This document shows, one piece after another, positions 38,968 through 52,664 of a stretch of 64,000 bases of DNA. This DNA is from Octopus bimaculoides (lineage: Eukaryota). Numbering within the stretch: the first letter of the stretch is position 1; the number at the start of each line of letters is the position of its first letter. Below the pieces are notes generated by a model. It saw only the letters and a program-made list of their open reading frames with translations, searched no databases and was not told the DNA's origin. The position numbers and the translations under genes were made by a program. The DNA is taken from positions 24,665,315 through 24,729,314 of the forward strand of contig NC_068998.1 in the NCBI RefSeq assembly GCF_001194135.2, read 5' to 3'.

Positions 38968-40122
38968 TATAAGATGAGGTACCCAAAACAAATCGGAATT
39001 TTGAAATATTATTTTATTCATTTAGTTTTACATGTTAACACTTTTATCCATTTCAAAGTATTCTCCATTTGAAGCAATGCTTCGCTACAGACGCATTTTC
39101 CACTGTTCGAAGCAGTGCTGGAACTCTTACAAAGTGATGTTTTTTAAAGCCACCGTCGGTTTGGTCTTCATCACTTCCACATCTACAAATTCTGTAGCAC
39201 CAACTTTCGTCACCAGTGATGACCTTTGAAAGAAGATCTGAATCAAATTCCAACTATTCTCTCAGTTCACAGCACGCATTCAGTCGTCACTGATTTTGAT
39301 CTTCCGTGAACATGCGAGGCATAGATTTTACTGCAACTCTTTTCATTTACAGTTCCTCGCTCAGAATTAGTTGGCAGTAACTTTAGGACAAATCAGTCAT
39401 ATTAACAAGTTCGTGAATTGCTCAGTGACGGTCCTCGAAGATCAGTTCATGAGTATTCATGATCTTTTCATTCGTTCTTATTTGTTTATTGCTCACAAGG
39501 GGCTAAACATAGAGGGGACAAACAAGGACAGACAAAAGGATTAAGTCGATTACATCGACCCCAGTGCGTAACTGGTACTCAATTTATCGACCCCGAAAGG
39601 ATGAAAGGCAAAGTCGACCTCGGCGGAATTTGAACTCAGAACGTAGCGGCAGACGAAATACCGCTAAGCATTTCGCCCGGCATGCTAACGTTTCTGCCAG
39701 CTCGCCGCCTTTTCATTCGTTCGGGAGGTCGACGGTTGTCCAAAACGAGGTTGGCTTTCAAGCGACAGTTACAATTTCTAAAGCGTGAAAACTACTCATA
39801 AACTTGTGTCTTGTTCATGGCAACGTTCTTGTAAGCTCTTAGAAACATGACAAGTGTTTCGGCCGCGTTTTCTCCGGCAGAAAACAGAATTTCACGAAAG
39901 CACGCAGTTCCTTCGTTTCAGCCATCGCAAAAAATCGACAGGGGAGAAGCACTGCTAAGCAAAGACACACTGCGTAGCAGTAGGACTATACTGGACGACA
40001 CCGGTCGGCATACTGATATCTGAGAGTCGCATCAAGTGGCTTCTAACGGCGGAAGCCTGAGCTACAATGGGCTTGTTCCATAGAGAACGTTTCCGGTTAC
40101 TTTCTGTTACCCACTCACATAT
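38968..40122 (-). mobile_element. Internally deleted mariner element interrupted by a SINE
   Basis: Contains ITGDESWCY (first catalytic D). The termini GAGGTACCCAAAACAAATCGGAA and reverse complement GAGTGGGTAACAGAAAGTAACCGGAA are related. Confidence 0.75.
39478..39711 (-). mobile_element. Young SINE family A copy with target-site duplication
   Basis: Best-preserved copy in the window; CTTTTCATTCGTTC occurs at 39464-39477 and 39709-39722. Confidence 0.92.
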
Positions 40123-40199
40123 ACATACAATCATATGCATATTTATGTATATAGAGGTTATGAGAGGTAATAGTGTCAATGAGACCCAAAGGTGTCAGG

Positions 40200-43100
40200 T
40201 AATGCTGAGTAAGCGCTATGGATAGACCATAGTTAAGCTCCAGATTCAGTGATTATGCGAATAAGGGGTCCAACGTAGGTCATATATCAGCGTGTGTATA
40301 TATAAAAAAAATTAGTCTCCGTAATGTGATAAAAAACCAAGCCTATGTAGATTTTAGAGCATTTAAAAATAGGTCTTACAGCTGTTTCCAGGATATTTAT
40401 TATATCCCTTCATCGGAGATGGTGTGGGAACATGGTTAAGCAATAGTTAATTTAGATAAGATACGAAATAGAGAGTGAAGTGGAGGAATGAGAATAGATG
40501 TGGGATATGCAGGGCTATTGTATTTGTGGATCCATTATTTGGGCAGAATAGTATACAAATAAGATTCCAATATCTTATGAGTAACATCCAATAGTATTTG
40601 AAATTGGTCATTCCAAGTATAGAGTTTATACACAGTGTTATTGAATCAAGGGTTTTATTTAAAGTGACCTAAAAGTGGGGAATATATTGGTAAGGTCAAA
40701 TCGAAAATAGGAAGAGAGGAATAAAGAAAGAGAAACAAGAGAGAAAAAAGAGAAAAGAAAGAGAAGAAAAGAACAAGAAATAATATAATAATATAAAAGA
40801 AGAAACAGGAAGAGAGGAATAAAGAAAAGATAAACGAAAAGCAAGGATAGAGATAATAAGGGAAGGTGCACCAGTTAGTGGTCAGCCGAGATTATTTGAA
40901 AGTAGGAGTGGGGAGATAAGGGTGATAGAGAGAGAAAGGTATTAGAGTGTAAACAGATAGAAAGAATGGTGGGGTTTGATAGAGGGAGAGGTATAAAAAG
41001 TAAAGGAGTGTCAACTGTGTAGTGATAGAGTATAAGTTATGGGACAGAGAGAGGGGTAGTATTATGGATTGAAGAATTTAGGAATTTAGGTGGCTGAACA
41101 GAGAGTGAGAAAGAGAAGATGAAAAACACAGAAGATTTGTTTTACTGGAATTAAGAGTATATTAGAACCATGATAATAAAGATATACAATGTTGTACAAA
41201 ATAAGGTTTTGTTCTTTCAACATAATTGAAGTAAGGACCGGTTTTGCATTTCTCATCAAACTGAGAGTTGAATGAGATAACTTGCTAAGGGAAAAAAAAT
41301 TGTTAGGGGAGATAATTGTCTACTCATTTATTTTGCAGTAAAGGGGAGGTGAATCTGTAATTTTAGTTTTCTTTGTTTTTTGTGTTCTCTGCTTTATTCT
41401 GGCTTGCATCCTTCAATAGATGGAGTAAGTCGTTTATTTTTAATATGGGTTCATATTTAATTCTGGCTTATATTTTTGGATAAATGAGGTTGCTTTATTC
41501 AGTCTTGTGTTGCGGTCCAGAAACCAAGTTAATAAAATGGGACAATTTCGAATTGTGGTTGTAATCGTTCTGTACATTCGTCAATGTTTTGGATGAGGTC
41601 TATTCAGCGATATTGTGGGGAGGAAATTTGTGGACCGACATCTCTTTCGGATCGAATTCCCTGTTGAACCAATATAATTTCGATGGTAGCCCGAGCATCT
41701 GATTGCGTAAAGGGTTTTTGGGAGGTACAAGTGGAGTTAGATTTGATTTTGAATATTTGTCCTTGTCTGAAATGGAATTCCGATCCTTCTAACAGATTGG
41801 GAATGTTCTGCAATTAGGGCGACCACACTTTACGACTCTTGCGTCCGTTGTTCTAGAGAATAGTTTAGCATTGTTGGGAATTTTCTTCAATGTCTTTTGC
41901 TGTTTGCTGCTCTTAATGATTTTATGGTTACGTAGAATTTCCTTAAATTTGGGATATCTATGGTGTATTGGAAGATTTTGGACGAGGATATTGAATGTTT
42001 CTTTGTTTCTTGGGTTGTATGTGGAGAAATAAGGTAGTGCTTTGAGGGAAGATGTGTTGTTGTGCTTGGCTTTTCTTAATGTTTTAATATTAATAGATTT
42101 TGCACGTTTAATTCCTTCATTTATAAGTTGAGTTGGGAAGTGCTTGTCCTGGAGTACATTTTTAAACTATTGTAAACTTAGTTCTCTGATATTTGTTCCG
42201 GATACCATGGTGCAAATCCTTCGTGCAAGGTTGAAGGGGATATTTGTTTTGATATTTGTTTTGATATTTGTCTCGAGTGACATGAGCCAAAATAATAGAT
42301 ATTGTTTAGCGTCTATGGGCTTGTAAAAATGTCTGTTTCTATTTTTTTTTGGTTATTTTTATAATCAGTATGTCTAGGAATGGGAGTTCCGCGCGGCTGT
42401 GTTCCATTGTGAATTGTATGTTGATGTTAATGTTATTGAGAAGTTTTTTGAACTCCAGGAGTTTATCTATGTTTTCATTGCAGAGGATGAAGCAGCTGTC
42501 CAAAAAATCTTTTCCAATTTTTTTTATGTATTGGGAGAGAGTGTTTCCAAATTTTGAAAGTGACTACTGATATATTGTTATTTCTAAATTGCACGTTGTT
42601 AGATAGGCAATGATTGGGGGCTGCCCTGGTTCCCATTCCAATTCCAGACTTTTGGCGATAAACAACAGTGTCAAACACGAAATGTTTGTTTTGGAGGAGG
42701 AATTTAATTGATTCGATTATGAAGTCTCTGTTGATCCATTCTGGTATTTCTTCTGGATATTTGTCCAGCCAGAAACAGATTGCTTCTATTCCCTAACAAT
42801 GGGGTATGTTGGTGCATAAATTAATCACATCAACTCATACCATGATTGTTTCCTCCTCGACCCTTTCTGGAAGGTGAGTTAACATATCTAAGTCATCTCT
42901 AATATGACTCTTGATATGTTTTAGATATGGTTTCAGAAGAATATCTATGAAGCAACTTAATCGAACTGTTTCACAGGAAGGTCCAGTTACAATGGGCCGT
43001 ACTTTTACGTCTCCTGGCGCTCGTGTATATATTTATGTCTTTGAAGATTTTTTATGGCTTCGTTTATAGTTGTTTTTTTTTTTTTAATTTTAGGTAGACC

Positions 43101-44077
43101 GTAGAAAAGGCTGGGTTTACATTTAAAGTTTGTCAAATAGTCTATTTCTTTTTTTGTTAGGTCTTTTCCGTGGGTTTGGATTGTTGAAAAGAGGTTTTTC
43201 ATTATTTTTGTTGACATTTTGGTAGTGTTTTTCATTTTTAAGTATAGATACTAATAGTTTTTTTTTGTAGTAAAATGTGTCCATTACCACTACTAAACTT
43301 CCTTTGTCCGCTTCTTTGATTGTTATTTCCACATTGTTTCGTAGTTCAGCTACTTCTTTCCATTGGGTGGAGCTGAAATTTGAAGTAATTCTTTGTTTGT
43401 ACAGGGTAGGGAGAATCATCGGCGTTGAGTTTATCCAACGCACGTAAATTCCTGCTTTGTTTGCATATTTAATCATATTCCAGAAAGCAAATTTTCTGTT
43501 ATGAAGGTTTGTGTTCCACGAATTATCTATTTTCCTTTTAATTAGATAAGTGAGTGATTGTACGGGGTCGTAACGGGTTTCATTTAGTATGGGTTGGTTT
43601 CTGTCCAGTTTGTTTATGAAAATTGAGCTTAGCGTTGTGCATAAGGTGTTTAAATCTTTACTGCCTTCTGGACCTGAGCGCAAGTAAGACTGAATAAAGA
43701 AGCCTCGTTTATCCAAAAATATAAACCAGAATTAAATATGAACCCATTTTAATAATAAACGACTTACTCCATCTAATGGAATATGTAAGCCAGATTAAAT
43801 AGGGACCACACACACAAAACAAAAACAAAAAATAAAAATTACAGATTTACCTCCCCTTTACTGCAAAATAAATGAGTCAACAATTATCTCCCCTTGCAAT
43901 ATTTTTTTTCCCTAGCAATTTATCTCTTTCAACTCTCTCTGCGAAACCAGTCCTTACTTCAATTGTGTTGAAAGAACAAAACCTTATTTTGTACAAAATT
44001 GTATAATAGCTTTATTATCATGGTTCTAATATACTCTTAAATCCTGTAAAACAAATCTTCTGTGTTTTTTCATCTTT
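40200..44077 (-). mobile_element. Penelope-like element: RT plus GIY-YIG (frameshifted), 3' region, and an inverted 3' copy at its 5' end
   Basis: Reads IKEADKGSLVVVMD, FYGLPKIK, YRQKSGIGMGTRAAP, LPFLDILI, and the GIY-YIG-like YAIRCSGYHRNYIGSTG. 43666-44077 is an inverted copy of 41114-41522. Confidence 0.9.
40372..40421 (-). ncRNA. Minimal type-I hammerhead ribozyme-like motif downstream of the Penelope ORF
   Basis: Minus strand reads AUCU-CCGAUGA-AGGGAUAU-AAUAA-AUAUCCUG-GAAAC-AGCU-GUA-AGAC. Core has U4>C; stem III is the palindrome ACAGCUGU. Confidence 0.7.
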
Positions 44078-44189
44078 TCTGTGTCTGTATTTGTATCCAC
44101 CACGTGTGTTTCCCAACTAAAATATTTTCTACCACACACACACACACATATGCAGAAATAAAGAGTGTGTGGACGGAAGAAAGACACCT

Positions 44190-44484
44190 ATCTTTTATCT
44201 TCTACTTGTTTCAGACATTAGACTGCAGGCACGATGGGGCATCAACTTGAAGTCTGTATCAGCCTAGTGTGTTTTTTTGAAGTGTGTTACTCATTCTGTT
44301 GGGTTTTCACCAACACCGGTTGGCAGACAGTGGTTAGGCAGAAACACAGGCACAAAGACCCACTCATAAGGCTTTATTCGGACCTCGGCCATGGTAGAAG
44401 ACTGTTTCCCAAGATGTTACGCAGTGACACTGAACCCCAGAACCAAATGGTTGGGAAGCAAGTTCTTTACCATACAGCCACGTC
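44190..44484 (-). mobile_element. SINE family B (degenerate, no internal microsatellite)
   Basis: GGTTGGGAAGCAAGTTCTTTACCATACAGCCACG is the reverse complement of the head; 3' part ACTTGTTTCAGACATTAGACTGC. Confidence 0.7.
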
Positions 44485-45139
44485 ATTCTCTATTATATAT
44501 ACAATACACAAATATATAATAATTGCTGGTAAGGACACCGTATTTCGTTCAGCAACCATAATATACTAGCAACTATATTAAAGGTTTATAAGTCAGTACT
44601 ATGTCCTACCTATTTGTCTTGTCGGTGCGATTCAATCATTGTTATGTTATCTCTACGAATATTCTATATAATTTAGATCCAGTAGTGAAAATTACGTTTC
44701 ATATACGAATACGACTATGTAAATGCGCTCGAAGGTAGAAAATTAAGTAATGAGAGTATATGCGTATTTCAAGAGTTATTTCTCTTTCATCAGCACCACT
44801 TCCAACCCATCAACCAACGAATTGCTTAAACACTCACTAAGTTTAGTGGTGTAACAATATTGGATAGACCAAGTTACATATCAAAATCATTGCTGGCAAC
44901 TGATTCATAAATATTAATTGCTGCTCATTGTTTAGATAGATGTATTCGTCTACTAAACGCAATTTTCAGTGCTGGCTCTAAATGCTACAGAATATCTGAA
45001 GAGAAAACTTAGAAGTGACTGAATTACACTGCTAACAGAAAGAGGTAGGACACAGTGTTGACTTACAAAACTTTGATATACTTGGTAGTATATTATGATT
45101 GCTAAACGAAATACAGGAACATCTGACACTGTTCTGTAG

Positions 45140-46070
45140 CAGATCCAGCTGGTTAGCTTGAACGCTTCCCAATGAGTGTTAGATTCATCACTTGAGTCAA
45201 AGACAAAGAGACAAGTCATGCAGGGTAAACATCTTTCATCATCCCCAAATATAGCAACCATGTCAGTATGAATGTCCTCGGAGGCTAAACTCTTTTCCTG
45301 GAGGTACTTGATAACCGCGATGCTAGGTTTTGTCCATGTTGAAGAGAAACCACTCCTAGTTGTTTTTGTTGTCTTCTCTGAACAGGGATAGCCTCAGTTT
45401 TGGGGATTGCAAAACGTATTGTATTTATTGATTACCTTCAAAAGGACCACACCGTCAATGGAGAGTACTATGCCAACTTGCTGAGGCAGTTACGAAAGTA
45501 TATTACAAGTGGAAATTGACATTAAAATAAGTGCATGATAAACCGGAGTACAATTGTCTGTAGAAATTTCATGGTGTCTTTCATAGTATTAATTGGAATA
45601 TTACTCTACCAAAGAACAGATTACATTGATGCGAATTTGCTTCCTTTCATATGTAGCCGTGACACTAGAAATGTTGTTCTCTATAGCAAAAGAAGTAACT
45701 GTTTATATCAGTTACATATGTTGTTTTATTTGTTTATGATTTTGTTTTCAAAGAGTACCAAGCCACTAGAATCACAATTCTGTCCCGGTAATCTGTATAT
45801 GTATTTTAATATATGGTCTAAGTAGTTGCTCAGTGTAGAGACTGTGCAGTGGTCAGAAGTTGGCTGCTAGTGTAGGATACAGACTTAACCCTATTTTAAC
45901 ACCAAAAAAGAAGCTGAGTAAAGGAACATTGATTTCAAGAAGTCGAGGAAATTCAAGAGAATACGAGACAGCTGCTCGCTATCCCAAAACAGTGTTCCAG
46001 GAAGGCTTCAGTCATTGGAAACAACGCTGGATAAAGTGTGCGACTTCAGAATGGGACTACTTTGAAGGAA
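45140..46070. mobile_element. Scrambled mariner fragments in both orientations
   Basis: N-terminus AVIKYLQEKSLASEDIHTDMVAIFGDD on minus (about 45230-45345); catalytic region IVFIDYLQKDHTVNGEYYANLLRQLRK on plus (45385-45500); C-terminus FSHWKQRWIKCATSEWDYFEG on plus (45930-46070). Confidence 0.75.
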
Positions 46071-47812
46071 ATTTAAATGCCGAATTGATATGTTCTCTAG
46101 TTTTCTTTTTATAGCACAAGCCCTAATACCTTTTGATCGGACCACGTATGTGGTGTGTGTGAATATGTGTTTACGTATATGTACACACAAATAGAATGAA
46201 ATTTGTTTCGTTTTACGACAAGGTTGTTTAGTATAGTACACAAGTTGCCGCTCCATTGCAATTATTACTGACATCTGAAAACACAAGTGTTGAATTAAGA
46301 TGTCAACTCGGTGGTTCCGTATCTACCAAAAACACTAAACTTTTACAAATATTTACTTCAAGCTTTATTAAAAGAAAATAAAGCATCTTAGAGATTTTCT
46401 GAAGAATCTTACAAAATCAATGGTAATGTTTTAAAGAGCAGTATTTCTGATGGTTTTAGATGATTTATTCTGCTATACATACTTATTATACATAGACACA
46501 CTCATACACACGAGCGCTCACCTGCATACACACATTTCCACTTATATACCTTCATACAGATATCGATATTTGATGCTGGTAGCTATAATAACTATAAACA
46601 TTGAACAAACATTTCTTGTTTAATACTTCGTCTTGATGTAATTATGTGTTACATGTGCGTGCGAAAGTAATCTTGTTAAGATCTCTTAAATATGTAATTT
46701 TAAGGTATGATTTTAAATCTCACAAGTGTTAACATAAACTATCCATCCCACATAAATCGATAACATAATGAAGCTGTATAACATTATCAGTTTTGATATA
46801 TTCAATTGTTCTTGCAATCAGTTCTGTGTGAACTGTAAGTACAATATTGGTTTGAAAGTTATAGAACCTCACATAAAATAAAAAGAACCGCCGCTGAAAT
46901 AAATATACTTTATGTTTCTACAAACAATACAAGAAATATCTTTCATCACAAAGCACAACTTAATAGAAACCAATCCTCTATATATATTCAATGTATCTCT
47001 GAATAACGTTTCTCTTCCGTGTAGGAGTTTCTGCCCTAAGCTGCAGGTGACGTGTTATGCTACAGATTGTTAGTCAATAGAGACTGCATTGTTCTTAAGT
47101 ATGGCGCATTATATTAAATGACTTTGTATACATTAGTAACTCCTTAAATGAATTGTTATTTTTGTGAGTAGTTTTCAGATACATTTTTCTCATGTTTTCT
47201 ATTGATATATTTCATAACACGTATATATTAACGAAATTCCAGTTCGGAAATGTGTACTGATTCAACACGCTTTACAATTTTCTGAAATGTGATATATTAT
47301 AATATTTTTTTTCAAATTTAACTGTGTTCTATTTTCATTGCATATAATTTATCGAAAATTTGTACAAACTTTAATAGCATATTAAATAGGTGATAAAATC
47401 ATTTATTCGAATGTTTGTTACTAGTTCTGAGTTCACAAATATATTGCAGGTAAGCTTCCCATTCTAATATTTTTACTTAATTCATTTACAAATCTATAAT
47501 TTAGTAGCAACAATCTACAACAAACACATCAGTACTTTTGTTAATTAAGAAGAATTTTCAATACTCGATATATTTTTTAGTTTCAATTCCGCTACAGCCT
47601 TCAGTGTCTGAAAATACCTTTGGAATGTTCCTACCGAGATTTAAACTCTTAATCTCTCTGTGTCTCTGTCTGTTTGTCTATCTATCTGTCTGTCTGCCTG
47701 TCTCTGTCTGTCTGTCTCTCTCTCTCTCTCTCAGACATTTTAAAATTCATTCGTAAATTGTAAGAAAAAAACGAGAAACTATATGTGCAATGTTCTGGTA
47801 TTGTAATATAAA

Positions 47813-48123
47813 AGGGTAATGACCTCCTTCGGACATGAATGACCAAGGGATTGCAGCTAGAGTGTTACCCTCTGAGGCACAAATCCGGGCAAAGATTGTT
47901 TATAGAAGACCAGCAGTCGCCCATGCATATCAGCCACCCCTCTCCACGCCACATATGTTATCCAAAAGAAAGGCAAAGGCTGATACAGCTTGGTACCAGT
48001 CACGTCACAACTCATTTCTACAGCTGAGTGAAATGGAGCAACATGAAATAAAGTGTCTTGCTCAAGAGCACAACACACAGCCTCGTCTGGGTATCGAATT
48101 CACTACCTCATGATTGTGAGCCA
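47813..48123 (-). mobile_element. SINE family C-related element
   Basis: CAGCTGAGTGAAATGGAGCAACATGAAATAAAGTGTCTTGCTCAAGAGCACAAC, shared with 16770-16830. Confidence 0.7.
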
Positions 48124-49499
48124 TATATTGCTGTAGTGATCTACAATTAAAATGACCGTAGTTATGACAATATGTCTTGCATATGAGAAATCAGTAGTGA
48201 AAGCAGTTGACATTCGTTAAAATAAAATACTTGTTGCGTGCAAACCTGACGTCGATGAATAGTATTGACTGTGTAAACTGTAGCAGTATGAATGAGATAC
48301 AGCAATACCAGACACTGCGACTATCGAATAGAAATATTGATTCCTTCTGATTCACTTCGAGACCAGTTTGTTTATTATAGGGTTATATAGACGAGTGAAT
48401 TGTCGTAATATATTGCTAAGACATTGTATCGATTTTGGATGCAAACTAACCATGATGGTATTTGAATACAGAACTAAGAGAAAGTAAATACTTCTAATAA
48501 TCTTGTCCGGCATTGTGCAGAGTATGCCGGCACAATTTTCCTCCAGACAACTGGTTAAAAAACTTCTAAATGATAAATGTGAGATGCACAATGTGATGTA
48601 GAACAATACGAGAATTTATAAACAGTGGTAGTTACGTTGGATAATTGTTATTGGTAACAATGAAAGGTTGTCCAGCATGTTAGGGGAATTTAGAGTTATC
48701 TTGTATATTTTAGTAATGTTAATTGTAGACACTTTGGGATTTGTATCTCGAAATTACTCTAGAACCTGCATCTGAAATGACTAACAACATTTGAACGTCT
48801 GCTATAATCGTAGAAAAAAAAAAGCTCTCGCTATATGAGAGGACCAGAACGGCTCATAATTGATTGATGAAAAGTATTTGTAGATTCTTGTGGTAGGATT
48901 TCAAAGTGGTTTTTAGGTCACATATAGGTCAGATGTCTTAGATCAATGAGGTATCCAGTCTTCGGAATCTGTACTGGATTCTTCATAAAGCGCAGACTAG
49001 TTACGTGAAATTCGAATGTCTCCCGGTTGCTTACTGCACTGATTAACAATAATTTTGTGCTCCAACAGGAGTCTTCTGTAAAGAGAATAAGATACTATCC
49101 CTTCGTTTTGATTTGGTGTATAAAGCACAGGCCCGTAGTGCACTTGTGAAATGAGTATAGCTGAGCACTGTGAAAAAGAAAAGAAAACTGATATAATTAA
49201 ACCAGGATAACTCTCCTATTTAGGGAGGTGTGCGAAATAACCAAATAGCTAAATGTCAAAATGCTTTCTAACTCTCATTCACTTGAATGATATTTATTTT
49301 CGATAGCCTTTACTTAAGTGGATATTTTAAAGGATATATATATATAAGTTGAAATGAGTGGCTGCTATTAAGTTTATAATTTCATGTTATTTATCTCTTC
49401 GTTAGAAATAAAAGTATAAAATTAATATGTAATATATATAATCTTTCGGTCAATTTGATCACCGGTTCTCTACATATTTCGAGATGGATTAGATTTAGG

Positions 49500-49900
49500 A
49501 ATCATAGTTTTGAACTTAAAACTAAAAAACAGTTTGTCTTATTTACATGTGGATGCATCAGTGGATGAGAGATTAAAATCGGTAAATGAATTCGAAAAGG
49601 AATTCAGAACCATCCAGACTTTTCTAAATGCTGGATTTAATCCCAGCTTCTTCGTGCGTAACGCTTGGGTTATTAATCCTTATGTAGTGAGTTAATATTT
49701 GCTGCACGAATTTCACAAAAGCTCTGGAAAGGAACTAAATTCTACTTTCCTTCGTTCAACTGGTTGTCGGAGAAATGAAGTAGGCTTTACAGAAAGAGTT
49801 ACCAATGTTAGACTACAATTCGTTTCGGTTCGGGAGGATTAATAATATCACATATGCTTAATATTACAACTGCTGTTGATCCTTGTATTGACCGAAGGAT
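49500..49900 (+). mobile_element. Possible hAT (Charlie/Buster-like) transposase C-terminal remnant
   Basis: EFEKEFRTI...WVINPY resembles the EF..RF...WIxNPF motif; heavily decayed. Confidence 0.35.
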
Positions 49901-51989
49901 TACTTCTTCATGTTCAACACAATGAAGGAATAAAAACAGAGTCATCGTTCAATTTGTTACAACTGAAGAAAGCAAATGCAATACACAACCACAGGAAACA
50001 TTGCTTCGTATAATGAACATTACAACAGAGTTAGACATCCGATCCACTAACAATATCATCCGATAATGCTTATCGAACTTGGTGTATTTTCTCCATTAAG
50101 ATAGTGAACGCAATTATATGCGGCAGTATAAAAATGGAAATCAGAGATTGCGTGAGAGGGAAGCATTTATAAATGCAAAAATGAGAAATGCAATCTACTC
50201 AAGCGGTGGATAGAGTCCGTTAGATAAAAGGATGATATAGAAGTAGGATGAGACTGGAAAACGAAAATCCATTAAAACAGAAATAAGGATGAACATGAGT
50301 AGTTAAAAATAAAATATAGTAGAAGACAAAATATAGATAAACAAGTATTTAAATGACGATAGTTCAATGTTTATAGAAAATGAAGCAGATAATTCGTTCA
50401 TGCAAAGTGTTAATTAAGGACTGTTTGTTGTTTGTGTGACTATTTAAAAGAGATACTGATGAGATATTTATTGTTTAGTGTATTTTAACTAATTGACTAA
50501 TTCCAAATAGAATAATAAATTACGCGCTAACATTCAGGAACTTCTGAATTTAACGAACACTTTTAAATAAATGCATCCCATTCTTTTGTTATGTAAGAGA
50601 TGTCCATGGTATATGGGTTTTACATGTGTTATCCTATGGATTTATTAAAATTCTATTATCTTTCTATAAGTGAGTTTGGGTGATCAACATTCTTCATAAA
50701 TTGATGTCTTAAAGGTTGCTGCACTATATATTGAAAATATAAGACATGATTTGTGTTGCCAGGTAATTTTGATTATAGTCAACCGTTATATAGTTTGCTA
50801 TATAAAGACTATGGCCAGAAATAATACTTATAACTCAATTACAATATAACTCTTTTATCAAACATTGTCATTATGAAGAGAGTTCGTTACACAAAATGTA
50901 CCTACTTTTGTTTTGTCAAAGATATCTATACCCAATGAAACTCAAAGTAATTTTATTGAATGAAAAACTACTGTAAATAAAGTCTCTTAGATTTGCAAGT
51001 TATAGCAGATCAAATAATCTGCAAACTATATTTTAAAATCCCTTTCATATCAAGAATACATGACTCATTTTCAATAGTCCACTAGTGTGATATAAAAGCA
51101 TTGACATCCACAATGCTATTTCTTTTATTTTAATCATTAATTATCTCATATACCAGAAATCAAAAGTAGAATGTTCGGATAAAGATAAAATCATTCCTGC
51201 ATAAGTACAAAATCATTATATAAGTAAATCGACATTCTATAAAAATGAAATATTTCTATTTTTATACGATTTCGATAGACCGTTAAATTTCTCATTGGAA
51301 AATTATATACATGTAATTCTCTCAAGCATACTGGATTTATTAAAAGTTTCTATGAAGTACATCAATATGAATATTGACTAGAGGAAACTAATAATATACG
51401 TGAGAAAAGACAGCAAAGTACTTCTAAATTTACTCGGTGATTTTCTCTATTTTATCGTCTGAAGATTTATTCTTTTAATGAACAATTTTCCAAAACATTT
51501 CTAGGGTAATTTTAAAAATTATATTCCGGGAAACTCATTAGCAAATATAATATAAAATAATAAAATTTTATATACTTGGCATTATAGATAGATGAGAGAA
51601 TATTGCATTTATTTATCTGTTTATGCTTATGCCTTCTGTAATAAGTATTTATTAGCGACAGTGGCGGTGTTAATATCGAGAGGTAATATTTATCACCACT
51701 TAAACGTGGATGTTCTGTTAAAACACACTTTACTGTAGTGGTTACCATGGAGGATCAAGATTACTTGTCTGTAATAAGTGTTGTATAGATTAATAAACAG
51801 TGAAGTTTTGGCGCAGATTCTCTTTATATTGATACCCGATCGCAGGTGTTATATATTTACTAGTAAACAAATATGGAAGACTGAAATTTCTCACATATAC
51901 AGTAATATCAGAAAAAGCAAAAGAAAATAACTACATCAGATCTAAAAGGCTCTTAAACAAACTGAAAATCCAGCAGAAGATTTGATTTG

Positions 51990-52664
51990 GATTTTCTCAA
52001 ACGAGAAAAACTTCGACCAAGATCAAAAAGTTAACAGAAGAAATTACAGATGCTTATGTGCAGACTCGTCTGAAGATCCAAGTGTCATGTATACAAAATT
52101 TCCTGCAACTTCCACGCTTTAGGGGATGCCTCCTTACTTCCTTCCACAAGACCTTAGAGTTAACTCTGCCGTTTACATTGAGGTCCTGGAAGCAATTGTC
52201 AAGCCCTGGATAGACAGTGTATTGCAATGGAAGGCCATATGTGTTTCATTAAGACTCTGCAGATACATGGCTCTAGTAACACAGAAATGGACGGCTGAAA
52301 ATTTTCGTGATCACATAAACCCTAACATGTGGCCTCCTAATTACCCAGATCTCAATCCATATGGAGCATTGTTGAGAGAGTGGTCAATGAACACGCCCTT
52401 AACACCAAAGATTGTTTGAAAGCTGCTAGAGTCAGAGTCATGTCCAAAATTAACCAGGACCATTTGATTCCAGCATGTAGATCATTTAGATCTCATATAG
52501 AAGCAGTTGTTGAAACTGAAGGTGCCTTTATTGAATAACATTATAGAACAGAACGTTTATTTTTATCTCCCTAGCATTTTTGACAAATAAAGTTATTATC
52601 TTTTATTAGATATCTCTATTTTTATAAACACAAATCGGTTCTCAAATATCTTATGCACCCTATA
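51990..52664 (+). mobile_element. maT/DD37D-type (Tc1-mariner) transposase 3' half with right TIR
   Basis: Reads FSNEKNFDQDQKVN...TKFPAT...MPPYFLPQDLRVNSAVYIEVL...WPPNYPDLNP; ends CTCAAATATCTTATGCACCC|TA. Confidence 0.85.

Noticed and set aside
45067-45101. Possible 35-nt minus-strand exon (IIIYYQVYQSF) with TTTAG acceptor and GTAAGT donor
   Set aside because: Its phase does not follow the phase-0 first exon directly, it sits beside mariner debris, and there is no independent support.
48350-49100. Possible third Penelope remnant on the minus strand
   Set aside because: Only vague similarity, with no diagnostic motif I could read.
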